Source: a bacterium
GTDB taxonomy: Bacteria; Patescibacteriota; Minisyncoccia; Phycocordibacterales; UBA5272
Length of the DNA: 33,169 bases
Direction: 5' to 3'
Assembly (NCBI GenBank): GCA_043751115.1
Contig: JAYVAE010000001.1
Location: forward strand, 1 to 33,169
The stretch's first letter is position 1. The number at the start of each line of letters is the position of its first letter. The notes beneath the pieces are model-generated. The model had not been told where the DNA came from. It saw only the letters and a list, made by a program, of their open reading frames with translations, and searched no databases. A program made the translations under genes and the position numbers. Below, one piece after another: positions 27,069 through 33,169 of the stretch.

Positions 27069-27276
27069 AGCGACTCACTTTTTGATATGCTTCGCATCTT
27101 GCGAGAGGTAGTAAGTATCCTCGTAGTTGTAGCGTGGGGTCAGCACCCCTATTTTTTATTTCATCCTCAAATTGTAAATGGGATGCGTCTGGGTTGTGCT
27201 TTAGGAAAATATCTTTGTGATGCTCTTTCCTAAACCCACAGCATGTGCACCGCATATTTTTCTTAACTTTTCGCAA
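27067..27276 (-). CDS. Hypothetical small basic Cys-containing protein
   Basis: 69-aa ORF with a TTG start. A perfect SD GGAAGGAG (complement of 27284-27291) lies 7 nt upstream, and the hairpin terminator follows directly. I recognise no family. Confidence 0.45.
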   Translation of the reverse strand: MRKVKKNMRCTCCGFRKEHHKDIFLKHNPDASHLQFEDEIKNRGADPTLQLRGYLLPLARCEAYQKVSR

Positions 27277-27361
27277 AATCTTACTCCTTCCAAGTTAGGT
27301 TTATTTGATACTACCTTTTTTCAAGAATAAAACAAAACATTTTAAATGCTATACTTCTTTT

Positions 27362-29032
27362 ATGACCCAAAAAGAGGCTCTTTCTATTTTAAAACTAGGG
27401 CACACAACTTTTCTCACTGGTGCTGCCGGAGCAGGTAAGAGTTACGTTCTTCGCGAATATTTACTTTATCTTCGCTCTCATAAAGTACCGTTTGCAGTGA
27501 CAGCGTCTACTGGTATCGCATCAACGCATGTCGGAGGGCAGACAATACATTCTTGGAGTGGTCTTGGAATAAGGGATACTCTCTCTTTTTACGATTGTGA
27601 AAGCTTCCTAGAGAAACAACCTCTCTACAAAAAATGGACCAGTATTTCTGTACTCATCATCGACGAAGTCTCTATGCTCTCGGCACAATTCTTAGATATG
27701 CTGGACACACTTGGTAAGTCGATGAGAAGAAGTGAGCTTCCTTTCGGAGGCTTGCAAGTTATTTTTTCGGGAGATTTCTTTCAGCTTCCACCTATTTCAA
27801 AAAGGGGAGAGACGCCTGCGCTCTATGCATATCATGCAAAAGGCTGGAAAGAATCGAAGCCAGTTATATGTTATTTAACAGAACAACATAGACAAGAAGA
27901 TGATAGTTTAACGAGCATACTTAAAGAAATACGGACGCAAGATGTCACTGAATATACCTACGACCTTCTGCGTGAGCGAAGTGAAGTTATGGCTGTGACA
28001 TCGGTTACAAAACTTTATACACATAATGTTGATGTCGACAGCATCAATGCTAAAGAATATGAAAAAGTAGAAGGGGAGCAAAGGTTGTATAAAATGGTAA
28101 CGAAAGGGAGCGCTAAAAATGTGGAAATGCTCAAAAATAACTGTTTGGCTGAGGATAACCTCGCACTTAAAATTGGAACAAAAGTGATGTGCATTAAAAA
28201 CGATTTGGAAAGACGTTTTGTGAACGGATCACTAGGAAAGGTAATTGGTTTTGAAAATGATGATACACCGATAGTGAGTCTCGCAAGTGGCAAAAAAGTG
28301 ACAGTTAAGGCTGATTCTTGGCGCCTCGAAGAAGAAGGAAAGGTGAAGGCGGAAATATCACAAATTCCCCTTAAACTCGCTTGGGCTATCACGGTGCATA
28401 AGTCGCAAGGCATGACACTTGATGAGGCAGAAATTGACCTCTCTAAAGCATTTGCTCCAGGTATGGGATATGTTGCCCTTTCGCGCCTCAAGAGCCTGAG
28501 CGGTCTCTATTTAAAAGGCTTAGGTCATAGCGCGCTTTATCTTTCAGAGGAAGTGCGGGAGATGGATGATCTTTTCCAGAAAAAAAGTGAAATGGCTGCT
28601 CTGGCATTGGTAAAGTATAAAGAAGAAGATCTTACAGAAAAATATCACCTTTTCTTGGAAAAGAGCGGCGGTACTAAAGAGGTCTCAGTCATTAAAGATC
28701 AGGATGAAATAGAGGAAAGAGTGAATACTTTTGAAGAAACAAAAAGTTTACTTGCAAAGAAATTTCTTCTTTCAGAAATAGCAGAAAAAAGAAGTCTCAC
28801 TGTAGATACAATTATCGGTCATATAGAAAAACTTGTAGAAAGAGATGAAGAGGTTTCATTCGAACATTTGCTTCCAAAGAAGAAAGATAAAGAGAAAATA
28901 ACCGCGATATTTATACAAGTGAAAGCAAAAGAGGGTATGTACAAGTTAACTCCGACTTTTGAAGCTCTTAAAAGCGTCTATGATTATCACACTCTTCGTC
29001 TCGTCCGGGCTGATCTTCTCAAAACAAAGTAG
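27362..29032 (+). CDS. Pif1/RecD-like SF1 helicase with C-terminal winged-helix/HTH-like tail
   Basis: Walker A LTGAAGAGKSYV, Walker B LIIDEVSML, FSGDFFQLPP, and late motifs ITVHKSQGMT and YVALSR. The ATG at 27362 is preferred over the track TTG at 27305. Confidence 0.85.
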   Translation: MTQKEALSILKLGHTTFLTGAAGAGKSYVLREYLLYLRSHKVPFAVTASTGIASTHVGGQTIHSWSGLGIRDTLSFYDCESFLEKQPLYKKWTSISVLIIDEVSMLSAQFLDMLDTLGKSMRRSELPFGGLQVIFSGDFFQLPPISKRGETPALYAYHAKGWKESKPVICYLTEQHRQEDDSLTSILKEIRTQDVTEYTYDLLRERSEVMAVTSVTKLYTHNVDVDSINAKEYEKVEGEQRLYKMVTKGSAKNVEMLKNNCLAEDNLALKIGTKVMCIKNDLERRFVNGSLGKVIGFENDDTPIVSLASGKKVTVKADSWRLEEEGKVKAEISQIPLKLAWAITVHKSQGMTLDEAEIDLSKAFAPGMGYVALSRLKSLSGLYLKGLGHSALYLSEEVREMDDLFQKKSEMAALALVKYKEEDLTEKYHLFLEKSGGTKEVSVIKDQDEIEERVNTFEETKSLLAKKFLLSEIAEKRSLTVDTIIGHIEKLVERDEEVSFEHLLPKKKDKEKITAIFIQVKAKEGMYKLTPTFEALKSVYDYHTLRLVRADLLKTK

Positions 29033-29104
29033 TGAGGTTTTTTCAGAGCACTTTTTTGGTAAGATGAAAGCAATTTGAACGTAGGAAAGATTTTACTGTG
29101 CGAC

Positions 29105-29488
29105 TTATTCAGGCAAAGCACCTTCTGCCTGCAAAGAGGACTGACCTGCCTGTGCCTTCTGTAATTCTTCAACCAAGCCACCCATATTTGCATAAGCGTT
29201 AAAGCTCTCAAGGCTTATACCACTAGCACTTAGTGATTTAAAGAGAAGAACACCCATCACAACTGAAATCACAAGCGGGAGCACAAAGAAAATAATAGTA
29301 ATCCACATCGAGCGTATCGAAGCTCTTCTCATCCTCTCTGAGTTTTCTAATATGATGTTTATCTTTGCCTCTTGATTATTTAAGACTTCGATAATAGTAT
29401 CAAGGGTGGCCGTTGTTAATGTCGCGTGTGACATGCCTGCCGCTTCAGGAATTTTTGTTCCTTCTGCCTGTAATGTTCCTGTTTCCAT
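29105..29488 (-). CDS. Hypothetical membrane protein
   Basis: 127-aa ORF with one central TM helix (MWITIIFFVLPLVISVVMGVLLF). I recognise no family. Confidence 0.45.
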   Translation of the reverse strand: METGTLQAEGTKIPEAAGMSHATLTTATLDTIIEVLNNQEAKINIILENSERMRRASIRSMWITIIFFVLPLVISVVMGVLLFKSLSASGISLESFNAYANMGGLVEELQKAQAGQSSLQAEGALPE

Positions 29489-29663
29489 GTGTTTTAAAGT
29501 ATGGCAAAAAATAATCTTTTTGTGAAGTGGGTATCTTGAATAACAGCTACTTTTGTGGTACTATTTTGAAGTTTAGTTATGTTCACGGCTCACTATTGTA
29601 ATATAGTTATATCTTCTCCCAAATTTAACTAATTACGAATAACTATTAACGTATAACTAGTCT

Positions 29664-29737
29664 TGGGGAATCGTCTAATGGTAGGACACATCCCTCTGGA
29701 GGATGGTATTGGGGTTCGAGTCCCTGTTCCCCAGCCA
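29664..29737 (+). tRNA. tRNA-Gln (anticodon CUG), CCA encoded
   Basis: Hand-folded cloverleaf. The acceptor TGGGGAA pairs with TTCCCCA, and the D arm CGTC pairs with GGAC. The anticodon stem CATCC/GGATG carries loop CT-CTG-GA. The T arm is TGGGG-TTCGAGT-CCCTG, the discriminator is G, and CCA follows. Confidence 0.85.
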
Positions 29738-29742
29738 AGTTT

Positions 29743-29868
29743 CAGAATTCGTTTTTTCGCCAAAATTCGGAGCGTCGCAAAGCGACGCGACGGGGGTTTC
29801 CGCCAGAATTCGCCAAGGGTTTTTGAAATCCAAAAGAAGCGAGCGGGACGCGAGACGGGGGTTCGAGC
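29743..29868 (+). repeat. Two degenerate tandem units (about 61-65 nt) next to the tRNA 3' end, each ending in a T-arm-like GACGGGGGTT motif
   Basis: CAGAATTCG starts each unit (29743 and 29804). ACGCGA(G)ACGGGGGTT recurs near each unit end. The second reads GGGGGTTCGAGCC, like a tRNA T arm. The units could be decayed tRNA or att fragments. Confidence 0.45.
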
Positions 29869-29971
29869 CAATCTTTTTAAGAAAATCTCTTTTAGCTTCG
29901 AGATTTTCTTCGGAAGCGATAATTAAGGCTTGGTTACTGTCTAAAATGAATTGTTTAGAAAATAATTATAA

Positions 29972-30307
29972 TCAACTCTCTGTACTACGCCTGGGGCAAA
30001 AAAACGTAACGGCTCTATTAAGCTGGCTGGTACCAAAGCAACAACTCCACCCGAACGGACGAACTACCGGCTTCAACCAGAGTCTTGAATCTGCTACATC
30101 GCTAGGTCCTTCAGGAGTGCGGTAGTGATAGGGATGAACAAAACTCGGGAGAAAAGCCAAGACGGCATCGGCTACGCTTGCGACATCCATTGTGTACGGG
30201 AGATTCATCGGGATTAAGGCGTGGTCAATACCGGTAAGCGCTCGCATTTCGAGAATATCAGCGCTATCGCCAGCTATGTGAATCTTTGTTTCCCATAGTG
30301 TAACGAA
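29972..30307 (-). pseudogene. Possible C-terminal fragment of a HAD-superfamily hydrolase
   Basis: The minus frame, bounded upstream by TAA, reads FVTLWETKIHIAGDSADILEMRALTGIDHALIPMN... This resembles HAD motif IV (GDxxNDxxM...aG). No N-terminal DxD motif region is present. Confidence 0.3.
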
Positions 30308-30459
30308 TTAGCCCTTCCCTTTCTTCCCTTTACATGCTGACTATCATCACTCTCGGGCAATTTACAGGGGAACTGCTTCAATCTCTAGGCCGGCCTTGAG
30401 TGTGCTATCAACATTAGTAAATCATAAATGATTGCGCTTAAAGTGCTAGAGTAAAATAC

Positions 30460-31647
30460 CTAGCGATCGGCGCCGGAATTTGCTAAACACGACAGGAGTG
30501 CAGGTGTCTCGTTCCAACCACATTGCCCGCTACTTTGTCGTTTGCATGTAGCCGTTGCGTAACAGGCGTACTCGGGACGATATTCGCAGTTTGCGATGAG
30601 ATCCGGCTCGTCAGGCTCGTCAGTACAGAGTTGACCCGAACAACCACTTGGGCGGCAAGCCCCCGCTTTGGGGGGAGCAGGGACAGTAATGGGCGGTTCT
30701 TCAGTAACTGACAAGGCTTTGGTTACACTAAATGTAAACCTGTAATCTTGATCAGAAATAGCTTGTTTGGAAGACGACTGCGGACTGACTGTAGTCAAAG
30801 CGACCTTTCGTCCAAAGGCTTCCACCCCCTCAATTGAAGATATCTCAAGAACTTTTGCAGCACCGTCTTCAACTACCTCGATTATAAGTCTCACCTGTCC
30901 AGCTTGAATACACTGCACGTCAGCCGGACAGCGACTATCTTCTTCAATACTAAGCGGACGAATCAAAACGCCAGAAAATTCACCAACCGCTCTGAGAGCC
31001 ACTCCGCCAGCGTCAGGTACTGGTGTATTAGGCGTCACTGTCGTAAATTTGCGAGCGGCTAGATTAAATTTCAAAACCAAACTCTTACCCACCGATGGTG
31101 TTACAGCAAAAGAATCTCCCGCGGCTCGATCAACGTAATTGACCACAATCGTTCCATTCGCGCCGGCCGTAATTGACTGCGGCGCAATCCGATCACCTAC
31201 AAACACAGCCTCACTACCGACGATTCCGGTCTCGGTTGTAAGTGCGGCTACCACATAGAAGAAGGTAGCACTGCCGCCGGTTTCCTGCGTGAGGAAAAAT
31301 ACTTGGTCGGCTCGTCCATCAGCGTCGACATCAACACTCTGTTCGTTACCGAAGTAGTCGGTCATACCGCTAGCACTTTGGGCTTCACCATTTACGAGTC
31401 GAACTTTTTCACCTTCTATGGTGTATTCCGCATTTTTGGCCGATTGACTCGTCGTGGCTGGAGGAATAGGTTCAATTACCACAGTGCCAAGGCCATCTTG
31501 TTTCAACATATAATTCACTACAGTCGGTACCCAGAATTTCTGCGTAGCCAATAGACCGATCCCCACCATGATTAAAAATAGTAAAACGGCCTGAATAATG
31601 CGCAAGGTTGGTTTGGACAATGACCAAGCATTTGATGGTACATTCAT
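30460..31647 (-). CDS. Membrane-anchored secreted protein with C-terminal eight-cysteine-cluster domain
   Basis: 395-aa ORF with an N-terminal TM anchor (IIQAVLLFLIMVGIGLLA). The C-terminus CRPSGCSGQLCTDEPDEPDLIANCEYRPEYACYATATCKRQSSGQCGWNETPALLSC contains exactly 8 Cys. The gene is GC-rich relative to the window. Confidence 0.75.
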   Translation of the reverse strand: MNVPSNAWSLSKPTLRIIQAVLLFLIMVGIGLLATQKFWVPTVVNYMLKQDGLGTVVIEPIPPATTSQSAKNAEYTIEGEKVRLVNGEAQSASGMTDYFGNEQSVDVDADGRADQVFFLTQETGGSATFFYVVAALTTETGIVGSEAVFVGDRIAPQSITAGANGTIVVNYVDRAAGDSFAVTPSVGKSLVLKFNLAARKFTTVTPNTPVPDAGGVALRAVGEFSGVLIRPLSIEEDSRCPADVQCIQAGQVRLIIEVVEDGAAKVLEISSIEGVEAFGRKVALTTVSPQSSSKQAISDQDYRFTFSVTKALSVTEEPPITVPAPPKAGACRPSGCSGQLCTDEPDEPDLIANCEYRPEYACYATATCKRQSSGQCGWNETPALLSCLANSGADR

Positions 31648-31711
31648 AAATTAAATTATACCACAAAACACAGCCTCCCTTGATTCAAACCCGTTACCAA
31701 GTATATAAGCA

Positions 31712-31741
31712 GTATACGCCCTGGAATTCCAGGGCGTATAC
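31712..31741. promoter_or_regulatory. Perfect 30-nt palindrome in a divergent intergenic region
   Basis: GTATACGCCCTGGAATTCCAGGGCGTATAC is exactly self-complementary. It lies 65 nt upstream of the 395-aa gene start. Confidence 0.5.
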
Positions 31742-31984
31742 GTATTTCAGTTCACTTAAACAAGGCTTTTAGCCACGCACGAGCTTGACGAGAAAGAGTA
31801 GAGCTACCGCAACCTGAATTCTCTTTTGAATTAGAATGAGTTAGAGTTAAAGTATGAAAAGAAAAAAACAAAAAATTCCCCCAGTTTTCAAGTAGTGAAC
31901 GAAATGAAACATATTTGAGGCTTATTTTATAAGGCTCGTATCGATAGGGGAATTATAATCCGAACTTTTGGTATACTGATTCAT

Positions 31985-32611
31985 ATGAAACTCTACTTAT
32001 CTTCAATTGGTATTAAGTCACCACAAGATTTTTATGATTTAGTTGGCAAAAATTTAAACATAAAAACTGCATTAATTACCAATGCTTTTGATTATAAAAA
32101 TTCAGAGGATAGAAAAATAAAATATGATCTCGTCATGCAAGAACTTACTAAAGTAGGTTTGGTGTTACATGATATAAATCTTCGAGATTATAATGACGAA
32201 CCCGAGAGACTTAAGTCAGACTTGATTAATTTTGACGTGATTTGGATTTGTGGTGGAAACGTTTTTCTCCTTAGGCAGTACCTTAAACATAGTGGCCTAG
32301 ATAAAGTTTTAAAAGAAATTCTCGATACTGGAGTTGTGTATGGTGGGGATAGTGCGGGTGCCGTCGTCGTTGGGCCATCTCTTGAAGGTTTTGACCGTGC
32401 AGATCATACAGATCAGTTACAGGATGTAATTTTTGAAGGTCTACGGTTGGTGGATTTCGTAGTGGTACCTCATAATGGCAATCCAAAATTTCAACCTCTG
32501 CTGGAAGAAATCATTAGAGATTTGTCACAAAAGAAACAGTCTTATGAGATAATTAACGATAATCAGGCTGTGGTGGTTGACCAAAATAAAAGTAAAATCG
32601 TTGGTTTTTAG
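31985..32611 (+). CDS. Peptidase S51 (dipeptidase E-like) / type 1 glutamine amidotransferase-like protein
   Basis: IWICGGNVFLLRQYLKHSGLDKVLKEILDTGVVYGGDSAGAVVVGP matches the S51 nucleophile-elbow region (GGN...Y.G.SAGA). Confidence 0.8.
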   Translation: MKLYLSSIGIKSPQDFYDLVGKNLNIKTALITNAFDYKNSEDRKIKYDLVMQELTKVGLVLHDINLRDYNDEPERLKSDLINFDVIWICGGNVFLLRQYLKHSGLDKVLKEILDTGVVYGGDSAGAVVVGPSLEGFDRADHTDQLQDVIFEGLRLVDFVVVPHNGNPKFQPLLEEIIRDLSQKKQSYEIINDNQAVVVDQNKSKIVGF

Positions 32612-32683
32612 AGATATTTGTTCTAATATCGTCCCAGACGGCCAGCAAATTCAATTCTGATCTACTTATAGGTAGATAAACTA

Positions 32684-32815
32684 AAAGCCCTGGCGGGCTA
32701 ATTGTGAGACATGTTTTTGCAATACTGGATACTTCCAAGTTATAGACTTCCAGTTCCAGCGATTTGCTTAGCAAAAAGCAAATCGGGGAAACAAACTTGA
32801 TGGTGGTGCGGAGTG
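32684..32815 (+). repeat. Decayed copy A of the repeat that in copy B encodes a transposase OrfA fragment
   Basis: AAAAGCCCTGGCGGGCTAATTGTGAGACATGTTTTTGCAATAC... parallels AAAAGCCCCAGAGGGCTAAATGGTAGACATATTTTTGTAATAC at 32968. Downstream, ...CTTAGCAAAAAGCAAATCGGGGAAACAAAC... parallels ...CTTAGCCAAAGCTTCCTCGGTATTTGAAACAAAT... Copy A has multiple stops. Confidence 0.5.
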
Positions 32816-33008
32816 CTAGTTCCATGAATCTGCCCTGGGAAGGGGCAGATTCTCGGCAGGCCACATATACTAGCTTCTCCCTGTGGGGTCGAAACTATTA
32901 TTGTGTCTGCATAAGTAAAGCATAGTTGTAGCTTCGCTACTCGTTGTTTTACTCAAACAAAGTAAACAAAAAGCCCCAGAGGGCTAAATGGTAGACATAT
33001 TTTTGTAA

Positions 33009-33169
33009 TACAGTCTCGTATACAAGTGGAGAGATGAGTTCTTAGCCAAAGCTTCCTCGGTATTTGAAACAAATAAGACTGAATCGGAGCAGGATAAAAA
33101 AGTGAAACATTATGAGTACATAATAACCAAGTTGACTACTCAGAACGATTTTTTAGAGAAAGTCTTGGC
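33009..33169 (+). pseudogene. IS3-family-like transposase OrfA fragment (helix-turn-helix tail plus leucine-zipper region), lacks an N-terminus and runs off the window
   Basis: The frame reads YSLVYKWRDEFLAKASSVFETNKTESEQDKKVKHYEYIITKLTTQNDFLEKVLA. This resembles the ...QW+KQFLEGAxxxF....E...L...IGxLxxENDFLKK pattern of IS3-type OrfA. A TAA lies immediately upstream and no start codon is present. Confidence 0.4.

Noticed and set aside
29743-29868. Possible CRISPR-like or other array next to the tRNA
   Set aside because: There are only two units. They are degenerate rather than exact, with no spacer/repeat alternation and no cas genes. They are better explained as decayed tRNA or att fragments.
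32553-32864. 103-aa minus-strand ORF
   Set aside because: It overlaps the S51 peptidase 3' end and the decayed repeat copy A. It has no SD and its sequence is not protein-like. It is likely spurious.
32801-32880. tRNA/tmRNA-like 3' end on the minus strand (…CTCCGCACCACCA) with adjacent 10-bp hairpin
   Set aside because: No cloverleaf, T-loop (TTCGA) or tmRNA acceptor with a G-U pair can be folded. The segment lies within decayed copy A of the IS-related repeat, so the ACCA ending is taken as coincidental.
1-33169. Whole-genome use of genetic code 25 (UGA=Gly), prompted by the TGA in the RT
   Set aside because: Long conserved genes (uvrA, nrdA, cyoB, the helicase) are uninterrupted under the standard code. 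TGA terminates cyoB and the ABC ATPase at the expected protein ends. The RT codon is an isolated case.

Overview
Low-GC bacterial chromosomal segment with tightly packed genes. The compact repair genes and cell-envelope content resemble reduced-genome, Patescibacteria-like lineages, but this cannot be proven from the sequence alone. The standout is a complete diversity-generating retroelement (DGR) at about 1236-3962. It has a GC-rich target gene whose C-terminal variable repeat (VR, 1919-2045) matches a downstream template repeat (TR, 2425-2551). The two differ at 12 TR-adenine positions plus one synonymous C/T. An Avd-like four-helix-bundle gene lies inverted between the TR and the RT. The DGR-type reverse transcriptase (LGNLTSQ, YADD motifs) is interrupted by a single in-frame TGA at a position I remember as a conserved Gly. 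The rest of the window holds an SPFH protein, a full cyoABCDE quinol oxidase operon, an HI0933-type flavoprotein, a spermidine-synthase-like methyltransferase, an L,D-transpeptidase/DD-carboxypeptidase fusion and an ABC-2 exporter pair. It continues with uvrA and a compact uvrC separated by a GC-rich two-ORF insert, then nrdAB, a degenerate Ddl-like protein, ftsEX and a Pif1/RecD-like helicase. tRNA-Gln(CUG) is followed by a GC-rich islet containing degenerate repeats, a HAD-hydrolase remnant and an eight-cysteine-cluster protein. An S51 peptidase and IS remnants at both window ends complete the window. I saw no rRNA and no CRISPR array. All calls come from reading the sequence and ORF translations by eye; no database searches were run.
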